Assembly: GCA_036172245.1 (NCBI GenBank)
Contig: JAYWIR010000016.1
Coordinates: 1,736,001 to 1,800,000, forward strand
Direction: 5' to 3'
From: Raillietiella orientalis
Taxonomy: Eukaryota
Length of the DNA stretch: 64,000 bases
Part shown: positions 25,811 through 38,568 of the stretch, one piece after another
Position numbering within the stretch: the stretch's first letter is position 1
How the letters are laid out: each line of letters starts with the position of its first letter
The notes under the pieces: model-generated
Seen by the model: the letters and a program-made list of their open reading frames with translations, nothing else
Databases searched by the model: none
Told to the model about the DNA's origin: nothing
Program-made: the position numbers and the translations under genes

Positions 25811-26949
25811 CTCAACAGAGGCAGATAGGGTGCTCCCAGTTTTGTTCCTCGGGAAGGAAATGAAAGTAATGAGGATTGGGGTTACCATGGGAGAATGGAT
25901 GCTTCCTGAAGAGGCTATCTGCCCCCAAAATCCGAATGGACTGCCTGGTTCTGCGCGCAAATACCTACAGGTGCCTAGAAAGGAAGCCTGGAGATTGGGC
26001 CTTTCTTTTTCTCCTTTCCTGTTTACTCACAGCTTTTACTCCTCCTCATTCCCAAAATGAGGAGTCAAACTTACAAAGGAATCAGTTAATCCAATCCAAC
26101 TATCGCACGGTAATTGAATTTCATCCATTGATGATGATGCTCATCAATTACTTGCCTACTGGTGATTCTGGAATACCACGAGCTCGAACGAACCAAACGT
26201 TAGCCGACGTCAACATGGCGAATGCGAGGTTCCCAAGTCGATCTGGGAGAGCCAGGTCAAGTTGCCATGGCGTGCCCCACGAGGCGATCCACCGTGGCGA
26301 GCTGGAACCACAGCTTCGCTCTGGGTGCTTTCCGCAAGGAGCAGCAGAAAGCAAGCTGCCACTTCCGGCTTTCATTGGGCAAGACTCGAAGCAAACTGAG
26401 GCAGCTAGAAAGGTGGGAAGAATATTAATCTGGGAGAATCGACAGGAGAGCAGGGAAATGCCTCGCTCCTCTGCGCTGGGATCGCGCTACATTCTGATCA
26501 TGCACGAAGCCCAATGGAAGGCCAATTGATTTGTTGTGTTATCCCCGCCGTCAGAGTCCATACGAATTGCGCGCGGGCAGACGAGATCATGGGAGCTTCG
26601 AATGGGGTTTTCGAAGCCTTAGAAATCTTCGACACATCGTGATTTTGAGAAACCTACGATACGGATACGAAACAGGACCTCGGAACACGCGAAGCGCTCC
26701 AGGTCCTGGGATTTCAGGGATCGAGTTCCAGCTCAGGACTTTTTCTTCTTCTTCTTCTCTTCAAGTGTTTTGCCTCTTGCAAAAAAAAAAGCGAATTCTT
26801 GATGCCTCTTCTGAATTTTTCGTTCTGATTGGAAGTTTTTCAGTACTCTTTTCATCTCAGCAGGATGTCTCCATCGGAAAGGCTTCATCTCTATGATAGC
26901 CGACTGTGCCGTGTGATGCTTTCACATCTGAACAACCTCGTAAATCAGC

Positions 26950-27504
26950 AGTGTGTGGGACCAAAAGGGTGTGCTTCTGGTGGACTTTATGGAGCCTGGA
27001 GGAACCACCACTTCGCAAGACTGCAGTGTAGAAACACTCTCGAAAGTGCGGCGTGCCATTCAGGACCGACGACATGGAATGCTGAGATCAGGAATCGTTC
27101 TTCTCCTTCACGACAACGCGCGCCTCGGCGACGCATGCTGTCCCCACATTCCAGACAATCCAGGAATTCAGATGGGAACTTTCTGATCACTCAGTCCTGA
27201 CCCGGCGCCTCGCCTCCTCCCACGTCTTCCTTCCAGCACCTCAAGAAGTGGCTCCACGATTCGAGGGGGGAAGTGGGGAGTGGAAAACTGCAGTGCCACC
27301 GGACTGGCTGGCCACTCCCAGACGGCGGATTTTGATGCAGACGGTTCCCAAAAAGCTATCGAGAGTGCTTGGGGAAGAAAATGGTGACTACGTGGAAAAG
27401 GGACACATGGATGGATGTGTTTCGAACCACTAATGCATCTTTGTTTCTCTTATTTGTCCTTTCTTTCTATCTGGTCGGTTCTTACTTTCGAAATACGCCT
27501 CGTA
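26950..27504 (+). mobile_element. mariner (Tc1/mariner) transposase remnant with right TIR
   Basis: WDQKGVLLVDFM...LRRAIQ-like...LLHDNAR, SPDPAP (cf. YSPDLAP) and NGDYVEK; terminus CTTACTTTCGAAATACGCCTCG-TA at 27481-27504. Confidence 0.85.
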
Positions 27505-27779
27505 TCCTTGCAAATTAACAAATCGAGTCTCTTAGTTGTGCGTCAGAAGCATTTATCCTAAGCAGGTTTGGAGCCGTTGCCGGAGGACATCAAATGACAC
27601 ACCTCATTACTACGTAGATTTCCATGGAGACAGTTTCCTATTGTTCTGACGAATTATCCTGAATTCCGTCGCTGTTGTGAATATTGCCGATTTCTTTTTC
27701 CTTAAAGGAAATTTAATTAATTGCACGTGGTTTGATTTAATTCCCGTAATAAATCTCAGGTTCCGAGTTGCACAGCGTA

Positions 27780-28980
27780 ATCAAAGCACGACTGCCCGTC
27801 CAGACGTGAAAAGCTGAGAACTGCGACCTCGGAAGAGTTGCAGCACGTCACTTGCGAAATCATCAAATCTCCTGTTTATGGGGAAAAAAAATGTTCCCCG
27901 GTAATGGCGGTTTACTCGAATGCTCTCGTTCGGGAGGAGCGGGAGATTTTGCGATGGCGTAAGAAGTCTTCGGAAGAGAAAAGGAAGAACTTCCTCGTGA
28001 CAGTTATGGATGCTAAGCTTCGCGGGATCGCGAACGGTTTGATTCCCGATCGCCTGAACAAAAATCAGCCGCCAGTGGTCCCTCCCACTCCGAAAGAGGA
28101 GCTGGTACCTTCTGGGAGCATTAGAGTTCCACGAAACAGGACGATTACGACCCAGGGGGTCCTCTTGGGCATCGCTTGACAATGATCGTGTTTCAGCGTG
28201 GCGCGAGGGTCGCAACAGCTGGAGTACTTGAGGTCCTTCTTCGTGAGAGCCTTTGCAGCTCGCAGACCACCGCAAACCGTTTGTTCCTGGAAGCACAAAG
28301 GACAGGAGCAAATTGGTGTCAGAGACACAGACACTGGGTCCTGGGACCTCGTTCCCATCATCCGATCGGATTTTTTCGCTTCCGTGGGTTCCATTTTGAT
28401 TTTACTCATTCTGTCTTCTCCACCACGGAGGAACCCGAATTCTTCACTGAAGACTCATCTTCGTTGTTGAATTGCAAGGAACAGGTCGCCTCTTGGCTGT
28501 CTCTTGCAGCAAGGTGGGTGGAAGCTGTGTTGAAGGTGACGTGAAGATACAGCGACCCTCCAGAAGGGAAGCGGAGACCCACGACAGAAATCATCATCAT
28601 TAAATCTCGCGGAACTTATCAATGACGAGGGTTAGTTGCACTTGAGAGAGAAAAGAGCAAGCGACTCGAGAATGAGCATACGTCAGGGCTTGCAGCAGCT
28701 GTCAAAGTACCCTGATTTTCAAGATTGGTATTATTCAATTATCCTGGTAGCCAGGAGACTCCTCCCCCATTCTAACTCTACAGGCAGTTGCCTTCCAACG
28801 CGTTTCTCATCCTCCTTCTCAATGAGACCCAGCAATCTGAACAGCAGCTTGCGACCTCTCGAATCTGCCGACTGCGTGAGAAAGTGGATCTTCGAAGCAT
28901 CCGAAGGCACCCAACCTGCATCAAGCAAAATGCGGGTCATGCTTACGTGGCAACAGGATAGGGGAAGCTGGAGGATTGCC
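27780..28980 (-). mobile_element. Possible decayed BEL/Pao LTR retrotransposon pol remnant
   Basis: RILLDAG...FLT resembles the Pao protease RILLDSGSQRSFIT; otherwise degenerate. Confidence 0.25.
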
Positions 28981-28984
28981 CGCG

Positions 28985-29190
28985 CTGGTGGCGGCCTCGT
29001 CGCGCAGCACCAGGCATCGCGGGTTCGAATCCCCCAGGCGGGGATCAACTCCGGGAAATGGGTGCGCGTCGTGGGTTTCGAGTCCTCCCCCTCCCCCGCA
29101 AGATGACTCTGGTTGGAAACCGGATGCCCCCCGTTAACTGGACGAATTAGATAGTCGACCATCCGGGGTCCTTTCGGAGCATCAAGGAGC
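28985..29190 (+). mobile_element. Family A SINE copy A4, 5' part
   Basis: GGTTCGAATCC at 29022-29032, GTCGTGGGTTTCGAG, GGAAACCGGATGC; homology resumes at 30029. Confidence 0.75.
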
Positions 29191-30028
29191 GCCTTGTACA
29201 ATCTAAAGTTTGGAGATTTTTATGACAGAGAACAACCATAATAACTCATTTACTAAATGTTTCACAAACAGACTCCTGGCGATACAGGAGGAGGTTTTTC
29301 CAGTAAGTATTCATCCCAAAACACCAAAGAACGTGCACTAGGAGAAAGGGAAAATTTCTCAGTTAGCAAGCAAAAAAACTGAATCCAAAGAAGCTTTTTC
29401 TGAAAGTGGAAGCATAAACAGTAAAAGCAGAACTGTCAATGAGAGATCCTTTGCTGATGCAACGAAGAAGCAGATCAGATCTCATATATTTAGTTCGTGG
29501 TAAAGATCGTGGAAGAATAGCATGGCATTATGTATTAGTTGATAAAGATAAAAGAGAGATGTTTCTTGAAAAAAGTAGGACTGTCTCTATGGATGTTGCA
29601 GATTATGGGGAAATTCTAGTACCAGATTAATTTTACTTTTTCTAGTTGCTCTATAGCTTCCTGAAAACTGTTGTGAGATTCAGTTACACCTAAAATATCC
29701 TTTTTCTTCTATTCATCTGCATTTAAACTTTGACTCTCAGCTATAAGTACACCTTCGTTTTCCCCTAACGTTAGTACTGAAGGTTTTTCACCAGCAAATC
29801 TGCTTGGTTTAATAAAAGAAATAAGGGACCTTAACGAGGAAAAAAACTTAACAAGAATAACATTGGCGAGTTATGTGAAGAGTATAAGAAGACTCATAAT
29901 ATTGGCAAGAGTTCGGATGATAAGCATGGTGACAGGCAAAAAGTAGGTAATAAGCACCGATCTTCTGGAGATGAAAGTTTCGGTGCAGGATCACAGCAAT
30001 CGCAAAGGAGTACAAGTACAAGCCTTTT
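29191..30028. other. AT-rich bacterial endosymbiont (Wolbachia-like) DNA integrated in the nuclear genome
   Basis: Abrupt drop in GC; GGAG Shine-Dalgarno-like site at 29212-29215 before ATG 29222; peptide matches a Wolbachia protein motif from memory; flanked by the two halves of a host SINE. Confidence 0.7.
29222..29618 (+). pseudogene. Frameshifted, 3'-truncated Wolbachia-type hypothetical protein
   Basis: RSFADA/RRSRSDLIYLVRGKDRGRIAWHYVLVDKDKREMFLEKSRTVSMDVADYGEIL; the continuation I recall from Wolbachia homologues (YSGWGEDPP) is missing. Confidence 0.7.
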
Positions 30029-30570
30029 GGAGCTCCCCTACGGTTGCAAAAATAGAGCCACTGATACCCCCTCGTAGAGATGCCTTTCCAGAGTCCCAGG
30101 AGTGGGCTGTTCCCTTTGGAGAGCGTCTTTCGGAGAAATTTGGAAGCGTTCCTTCGGGCTCCCTTCAGAGGAATAAATCAAGAGAGGTTTTCTTGTGGGT
30201 TCCCGAGAAGGAATGAGGAGTGGACCTTCCCAAAAGATTCCTCCGAAGACAATAAGAGGATCTCTTTGGGGTTTCCTTTGAAGGCAACCAAGGCGAGCGT
30301 TTCCTTCAGGGTTCCCTTCCAAGAGTAAGAGGAACGGGCTCCTTCCTCCGGAGGCTTCCTGGGTTCATAGGATGGTCCCCTCCCGGAGTTCCCCCTATGA
30401 CTTGAAGAGTTAACACGCACCCTCGGGTGACATGGGCAACGTCAAAGACCTTCGCGAGTTCCTCCCCTACGGAGGCGAACTGTTCTTCGGCACTTGGCGA
30501 ACTAAACAAAAGAGAAAAGCCGGAAGGAAGGCAGTGAAAGCAGAGGAACTCACAAGGATTCCCATCATCC
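30029..30570 (+). mobile_element. Family A SINE copy A4, 3' part
   Basis: Hairpin array plus GCACCCTCGGGTG and GCACTTGGCGAAC, as in A1. Confidence 0.8.
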
Positions 30571-30576
30571 TAGGCC

Positions 30577-32300
30577 TGATCTTCTGCTGCTTATCCCCGT
30601 GACCACCCCAGCTCCAGCACTCGAGGATTTCTTCGAGTTGCCAAGTCGGGGCTCAGGTCTTGAGGCGAATAGTGCGAAGCGTCCTTGGAGCCGGTCGGAG
30701 CGGCGTGGGCTGGACGGTGGGACTGGATCCGCTTGGGGAACCCCACAGACGGGTACTTCAAGAACCTTCCGTTTGGAGACTTATGCGTAACAGAAGCCTG
30801 GTCCCGCCATCTCCAAAGGGTAGACATGTAGCTCGGCCCGTTCCAAAACGACAGGTTTTGCTTGCCGGAACGGGCCGTGGAGAGGCACTCGTTTGCGACT
30901 CCCCTCCTCCGCCCCCTGCTTTTTATTTGCTCTGTCCCTCCTGACATCAAGCGAAGAACCGGGGACTTCCTGAGAAAAACCCTGTGGACCACAGGGAGCT
31001 CCAGACTTCATCTCGAAGACTTGAGCGCTCAGCGTAGGGATCGTGGACTGGGCCTCCGTACGCCGCAGAGGATAAAGCGTCAGTTCCAATTCAGAAGACT
31101 AGCCTTCGCGGCGAGATTATGGACCATGCCCTGGTGCGCACCAGCACGGCTCCTCGCGAAGAACACAACCGGCTGCAAGGGACTCACGTTCCTCCCCGCC
31201 GGGGATACCAACTTCGCCAGCTGGTTGCTCTGGTGGAGGAGAACACCTGGATCTTCTGCCTCCCCGCGAGCTGCACTTCCCGGCTTCTGGAGTCGATCTT
31301 CGCTCGGAGGAAGATCCACGGTGCGAGCGAGGCGGGGCACGCCTGCCTGCGACGAGGCATCAACGCTCGCAAGTCGCTGGAAGAGATCGTCCTCAACCCG
31401 CTCAAGATGCGGTGGACCTCGTCTGCTCCACTTGCCCCAGTGCTGCTCACCTTAGGGGACGCAAGGGGCAGCGTAATCCCGGCAAGGTGGGAAGTGACTT
31501 GCTGCATAGCAGCAAAGAAGAAATTATTGGGGTCGTGAACAACTCGATGCTGCGACCCCGAGTGTTCCACCCCAAGGACTTCTACGCTGGGGGGAGCTGC
31601 TCGACATTCCCCCGGAAAAGGTGAAGGAGGGCCCCAGAGTTCTGGAACAGTGGCACCTTCTTCCTCAAGTGGCAGGAGTTGGTGTTTCTGGTGTTGCATG
31701 GGGGAATCCCATGCAAAGCACATCTTCATCATTGGACACGGAGAGCGAGGGTGCTCTGTGGGACAGTTGCGGGAAGGAGGAAATCAACTCGCACCTGCTG
31801 ACTGTGTTGCCCTCCGTTCCCTTTGATATCGCCTCGCGACCATCCTAGGAATCGCGATGGGCGGCCCCAGGGACATTTTCAGATGCCTCTTGGCGCTCGG
31901 TGCCGTTCTGCCGCCAGCCACGTCCTTCTCTGTTCTCCGGTGTCTTCGTGGGATGGCGGTGGCCTGGGATGCCAGAAGACAAGGTCGAAATGGGAGGGAC
32001 GCCATCCACTGGGGGCGGATCTTCCTGGGGACCGCTTCGAGAAGGCCCCACCTGTGCGAGACACGGGCGGAACTCTCTGGCATCGTGAGCAGGATGTTGG
32101 CAAGTTCCCTCCCCTATTTTGTGTGTATATGTGTTTTTCTTGCTTTTGTTTTTCCTTCCCCCACGCTGCTGATGCGGACCGCACCAGTCTGCGTGCCGTT
32201 CTTCGGCAGATGCATTGCACGTGGTAGAACCCAGGGCTCCACCACACCAATGTATTTCTATTGCTTTACGTAAGAAGTGCTCCGGCATAGCCGGGTGATG
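30577..32300 (+). mobile_element. Family B L1/Tx1-like 3' fragment B4 (1.7 kb)
   Basis: Post-RT motifs GYFKNL, FLRKTLWTTGSSRLHLEDL..RGLGL and zf CGKEE..HLL; TSD ATCATCCTAGGCC (30564-30576) / ATCATCCTATGCC (32301-32313); ends CCGGC-ATA-GCCGG-GTGATG. Confidence 0.85.
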
Positions 32301-33734
32301 ATCATCCTATGCCCTTACGAGAGTCTTTGCCGCTTGCAAACCACTGGTTTTTGGAAGCACAGAAGACTACTGATCTCTCTTGCATCTCTCTCCCTCATTT
32401 TCACCCCAGTGCCTTCTAGAAAGAAATGCCTCGTTTCTCAGATCTTCGGCACGAAAAGCGACGACCACATCGCCAGAGGCTCCTTGTGGTACGTGGTGGG
32501 CAACAGAGTGGATGTCGAACAAACCAAGCACGATGTTTTGCTCACAAGCACTGGAAGGTGATCCTCTGCAGGTGAGTCAAGGAAATCCAATGAAGATTCT
32601 CACATGTGGGAAGAGAGAATTCCATCGGTCCAGAATACTCATCAGCCAGATCGTCGACTTGACCGCCGGAAATCGGAAGCGGAGAAACGAAGCCGTGGTG
32701 ACAACCTAAGCTACCGCAAAATCGGCAGTACAGAAGTCAGCGGCGCCCCCTGGCAATCAGCTGTGCTACGTGGAGATTGAACTTGTAACCGAATGTCCAG
32801 GACGAACCCATTCTACTCCGCTGCGAAAGACCGTCTATCTGAGACCAGAGGACCGAAGGGCCGGAAGAAACACCCCATGCAGCTTGCAGGGAAGGGTAAG
32901 CCTGAACCTGGCCGAATCGCGCCTCGGTCCAAGGGATGCGCTCACTCTCTGCATGTGGGAAGGAGAGCTGGTCACAAAAACCCTCGAGCGCTGTTCGAAT
33001 CAGCTTCCCTGCTCCAGACGTGCTCAGCCTATTCGAGAGAGCCTCAGCCTTTTGATGCGCGACAGCAGTATTTCCCGAGTCTGCCGCCGCCCTCCCGTAA
33101 TCCCCCTATAAATAAACGAAATGGGAGCCACATCTCATTGGAATACACGCGAGCACTCCAGAGTACTCCAAGAATCAGACGCTTCGCTGCTTCCTCCCGT
33201 GTTCAAAAGCGACCGGGACTTTCACTGACAGGAATCCCTGAACTCCCAACACTTCCACACAGAAGTCAAGCATCCGCTGGCATCCCCGAACCCCCTGCAA
33301 TCGCGGTGCGCATGAAGGAGGAATTCAAAGAAATCTTTGCGCTTCCATTGGGGGGTTTTCCTCATTCTTCAAGAGCAGAGGGGAATTCGGGAGTCCACAG
33401 GGAATAAACACTGCTCCCGCCTTCTGCGTGCTCAGCTTTACTCCTTTCTGCTTCCGAGACCGTGATCTATCTGATCTTAAATTGAATGATTCTGGATGAG
33501 ACAAAGATGGAAGAAACGATTCGAGGGGCGGGACCAGCTCAAGTCCGGAGGCCTCGTGTCTCTAGAGTGCCGAAAGACAAATGCGCGGCACTCTGGAGAC
33601 CGCGCGACACTAGGCGCTGCGGGCCCCACCTGGAGAAAGACGGCTCCAGAGAAACGGGTGCGCCGTGAGATGGAGTCCTCGCCGCAAGATAACTCCGGGT
33701 GGCCTGTGTTCGGGCGTGGCACTGGCGGAAAGAT

Positions 33735-34255
33735 GGAAACCGGATGCGGATGCCCCGATTAGTGGCCGGGATTCGAATTTCACCCTCGGGGGGTCCTTCC
33801 AGGAATCCATAACCAAGAACTCGGTTTCCTTCCGTTCGTGAAAATGGAGCCACCGCCGTCCTTCCTCGGGGAAGGGTCCCTCCGTAGAGCACCATGGAGC
33901 TGGTTGATTGATGCCTCTCCAGAGTGTTTAGAAGTGCGCTACTCCATTCGGGGAGCGACCCTTCGGAGAAATTGGGAAGCGTCCCTCTCTTCAGAGGGGT
34001 AACAAGGGGAGTGGTTGCCTTATGGGTTCCCTCCGGAGAAGAAATAATGGAACAACCCCCCCGGGGATCCATTCGGAGACAACCGGGGTGAAGGTTTCCT
34101 TCGGCGATACCTCCCAAGGAGTGATAGGAACGGACTCCTTCCCCCAAAGCCTTCCTGGATTCGGAAGCACCCTTTAACTTGAAGAGTTACTACACGCACC
34201 CCTGGGTGGCGTTAGCAGCGTCAAAGAGCTTCGTGAACGGACGGTTCTTGACCAA
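33735..34255 (+). mobile_element. Family A SINE copy A5 (5'-truncated)
   Basis: GGAAACCGGATGC, CCCTTCGGAGAAATTGGGAAGCGTCCC array and CAAAGAGCTTCGTG, followed by an A-rich tract. Confidence 0.75.
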
Positions 34256-35332
34256 CAAAAAAAAGAAAAGAAAACCCGGAAGAGCACTAACAAAAAAAAA
34301 TGAAGGATCGGTGTCACTGCAATCAGTTCATGTCACTGTTCTTTGTTTGGGAGGACGCAAACGGTTCCGTACGTAATGGTGGTCAACCGTTGTTCTTCGA
34401 GAACGGAAGACATGATTCTCGAGGTACAGTGCTTTTCCTCGAAAAGCGCGCGCATGTTTTGATGGATTGACTTTTTTGTTGTTGTTGTTCCCCTCCATTT
34501 CTCGAAGAACGTCGATGGCACGCGACCAAACACGCACTCGGATCTTTTAGGAAGGACGCTGCGCGTGATGTACACGAGCTCAGCTTCTGAGAACCTGTTC
34601 TGCACCAAGAATCTGACCCCAAATCACATCCAGTAAGCGTGCGTGCTGCAGGAAGAGGAGGTCGATAGCCTGTCAGTGGCTCTCCCCTTTTCCTTAACTT
34701 CATCGGCTCCATCCCTTGGTGTTACTCCGAGCAGCTGGGAGGGTCGCTTCACGAGAAGGAGCCAGCAAAGAAAAGCTTCCAAAGATCGGTTCTTCTCGGA
34801 AAGTCGTCCCTAAGAAGCGCCTTTCCAGTATTTTCCAGTTTCCTTCCTTTCCGGTATTCTCCGATGCCGTACTTACCACGGCTGCTGCCCACCCTCAACC
34901 TGATGTCCAGTGTCATTCTCTCTTCGGCGGAGGTCGGTTCCGATGCTGAAGGAGGCTCGTGCTGCGTGGTGCTGGAACCGGTCGTTCCACCCAAGCGTCC
35001 GTGCATGTCGTGGCGCTGAACAGCTGGTGAGCTCACGAATGAGGTCGGGTGCAGGTCTTGCTGCGGCAGGCGAATCAGCAGCCGAGAGTGCTTCAAAGAC
35101 CTACTACTAGGCAATAATGTTGTTAGTGTTTTCAATCTTGAGCTCCGCAGCTCTCTACGTCGCTCGGAGGCAGAGAACGCAGGAGTTCACTTGGAGCTAT
35201 CCTACCCTACATGGCAGGGATTTTTTATGAGCATCATCATCTTTTGGGTGGCTGTAAACGAAGGCAGGACTCCGGTGCGCTATCATGACTCAGCCGCTTC
35301 GGGGCATCTTCGATGGTGACATACATCCCGTT

Positions 35333-36010
35333 GATTTATCACCGGTAACGCCAGGGCGTTGATTATAAAACTAATAAACATACATGTATTGGGCCGTCAG
35401 ACCTACATTCTCCGAAAATGTTCGGAACCTGTTGAATAACCGGCACGCAGACCGGCGAGGTTCGCCTTGGCAGCGGAGGAGGAGGGGCAAACAAAAATAA
35501 AAATAAAACAAAAATATATACAGAAAAAATTGGGAGTGTTAGGGTAAGGACCTCCGGGTGCTGGAGGACGTCCTCTGCATCCTTTCCAATGTGACGGCAA
35601 ATTCCAGTATGATCCAGGTGGGACCCATCTTCCTGCCGTCCTCACGAAGAGCAGGGAGAAACAGATGGCGTCCCTATTGCGCCGTCTTCCTCTCGCGTGG
35701 TTCCAGACCTCTGCCAGAATCCCGCTCAGGCAGCAAAGATCTGCTAGAGATGTGGCAGGAGAAACGGCATCGCGCATGAAGAGGTGCTTCATCACGTCCC
35801 TGGAATTGTCCGTTGGTGCTCCAAGGGCCGTTGCGCAACGCAACCACAAGGGCCGAAGGGCGACACAGTGTACAAGCAGGTGCGGGAGGGATTCGAGTTC
35901 CCCGCACCTGCAATAGTTGGGTTCCACAGCCCCCCGTGTCCGTTGAAGCCGGCAGGCATTGCATGGGGTACCCCAGTGCAGCAGCAGGAAACTTGCACGG
36001 AATACCACAG
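35333..36010 (-). mobile_element. Family B L1/Tx1-like 3' fragment B5
   Basis: CRCGELESLPHLLVHCVALRPLW; near-identical to B3; TSD TACATCCCGTT (35322-35332) / TACATTCCGTT (36011-36021). Confidence 0.85.
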
Positions 36011-37339
36011 TACATTCCGTTAGGGTGTTTCCTCGCTACACCATCCTGAAAAACACTAAGGTGTTGGTGCTACTGTGAGTTACCATTGAAAAATAGAGTT
36101 CGGCTCCCTCTGTCCCGGGAGATGGAGCGTCCATCTGAAGTTAATTAAGCAATTCATAGTGGTTGCCCATGGAGCGAACGATGATGGATCGACGCGAAAG
36201 ATTCGCGCGGTGAAGCCCTAGAAGACGAACGTCATGAGCTCCATCGCGATGCAGTTCGCATCGGTTGCCAGCCAGCAAGCCGGAAGAAACAAACAGAACA
36301 CATAACTGACTGCCCTCGAAATTGTCAGCTATGCTTTTCGCTTCCAAAATTTCCGTCCCGAAAAGAATGCCCGATGATTTCTGCTCAGAGAAGTCGGGAA
36401 GATCCCTTTCTCTTGACCTTGGTAAAACCCTGGATGCGAAGAAATTCTCAAAACGAGCCCAGAAAGATGCTCGGATGGCATATTCTGGGGACCCCGTTTT
36501 TCTGGAGGCTTACGAAACCGCTGAAGCATCCCTTCTAGTCAAACTGCTATGGGCACGGAGTAGCGAGAATGTCACTGCATTGGTTCTCGAAACGGACTTC
36601 TTTACGGACCACGGAAAAGAACACGCCCCTGTCTCTTGTGGCGGGACCTTTCTAGCAGGAGAGTGTCTACCTCATCCTCTGTTCCGGATGTTCTTCGTCG
36701 ATGGTTCTGTCTCCTTCTTTCGATGTCGATGAGCAAACTAGGGAATTGGCGATTTGTATCTACGTGGTTTAGGGACACCAACACAGTGCACTAGGGACAG
36801 CGAGGACCTCTATTGGTGTTTCGAAACTTGGGTGAGTTTTCAGATTCGGAAAGGCATCCTTTCCTGTTCCCCACGGAGAGTATCTGTTGCCAGCTCAAGT
36901 TCTTGACGCTGCAGAATTGCCCATTGCAGCTCCAAGCTAGAAGAAGTCGCTTGTCCCGTGAAGAGAGGACTCCGATCACTGGTGGGTGCAGTCGAACTGA
37001 GACAATCCAATGCATCACTCACGCTTGACTTCGGAAGAGACTGTCTGCTGCAAAACCGCAAAGCCCCGCGAAAGACAGAAGATTGTCTTACGGAAACTTC
37101 GCCTTGAAAACCTCAAAGGAACAAAAAAAAAAAAAAATAGCCTAATGGCTATTTCTCGGGACACGGAAGAGTGCACTACAGCAATTCATCTGTACACGCA
37201 ACCTGATGTATGTTCACAAAGTTTTTGTAAAGGGACACTGCATTGAGATGCTCTGTGATGGTCCTCCTTCCTTGATAGAAGGACTTCGAGAACAGTAGCT
37301 GCACTCATTAGCTTTTTTCCTCTACAGACTGGTCCAGGC

Positions 37340-38000
37340 TTCAACTTCCTCTCGAAATAATTTTTCGTCCTACCTTAATTCCGACACTGAAGGACGAAAA
37401 AGTTTTAGAAACCGTGCAAACTGACCTCTGGATCTTTGGTTTTCTCGTTCCCGAGGCGAAGCTGGAGTCCGAAGAACAGCATTCGACGTCCATGTGGAGC
37501 ACCTGGATTTCGGTGAAGCTCTGGATTTCCCTGACGGAAGGGAGAGACTTTTCTGATCGCACAAGAGCACAGATTTCTCTGGAATACTGTGGAACAGGTG
37601 GATCCGGAGACCTGGAGATGTCATCATTGAGAGGCACTGGTTGTGAAAGTGGGTGCGCGGCATTGCTGCCATCCTTCCCGCCTTTTCTGCAGCGATCCGA
37701 ACTGGAACGACCGTGTGATGGCTGCACAGAAGAGATCGAAGGCACCCGGCAGCTGCAACAACCACAACAACAAAAAAAAAAGAAAAGCGGTAATTTTTCA
37801 AGAACCCCAAACGTCTCGTTCGCACTTTCTGGAAGAGTCCCAGCAGCCCACCTAGCACGGGATCAGCTCTCTCTTTCAGACGTTTATCGTGTCTCCTGCA
37901 TCTCGAACAGGTCGTTAGCGTCCTCGTGCGTGGAACCCTTGGTTTTTGCCACATGTCTAATGATCTCGAAAAATTCGGAATGTGGCAAACGTGCCTCTCC
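37340..38000 (+). pseudogene. Decayed CR1/L2-like reverse transcriptase
   Basis: Motifs in order across frames: IFRPTL (cf. YRPISL), KVLETV (KVLERI), IFGF (QHGF), DVHVEHLDFGEALD (DVIYLDFSKAFD), SGCAALLPSFP (SGVPQGSVLGP). Confidence 0.5.
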
Positions 38001-38568
38001 CACGTGATGCAGGAAGCATCTTCGGAAACTGCCGTGCTATTCGGTTGATTTCTGTCAACTTCGCAGATCCCGCAGCAGCACTGCGTCGGAGCTTTTCATC
38101 GCCAGGCATCCCACGTCCCCTGCAAGCTCTTTGATCTCCGTGCTCGCGCGGATGCTTTTCGGGAGCGTTCCGAGATGCCGAGATCCACTCTCCTGTTTCC
38201 TCCGGCTGAGGGTGAAAATGAGTCCCGTTTCCGGAAGGGAACGTCGCAGGCATCCTCTCGTCAGCTTCAACGGACATCTCTGTGGTTTGCAGACTAGGAA
38301 GGAGAAACGTGTGATCTACCGACCGAGATTTGATGACTCGGGTTATAGGGAGGGAGGCTTTGCCTGGGAGACGGCAGCACCGGCGGAGCTCGGGTGATTG
38401 CGTGTTGTGGAGTGGATGCGTCATGCCGTCCGACGGGGGACTCTCGGAAGCCTTCGAGTTGCGTCGGTCGTCTTTTTATCGGGATGGCAATCCCTCCGCA
38501 CCTTTTTTTTTTCTCGGGAAGGATCTTGAGGCTTCCGTGGATGCTCTTGGAAGGAATGCGAGCCCAGA

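Noticed and set aside
29000..29040. Functional tRNA genes at SINE heads
   Set aside because: Only the B-box/T-arm is recognisable; no complete cloverleaf or T-run terminator.
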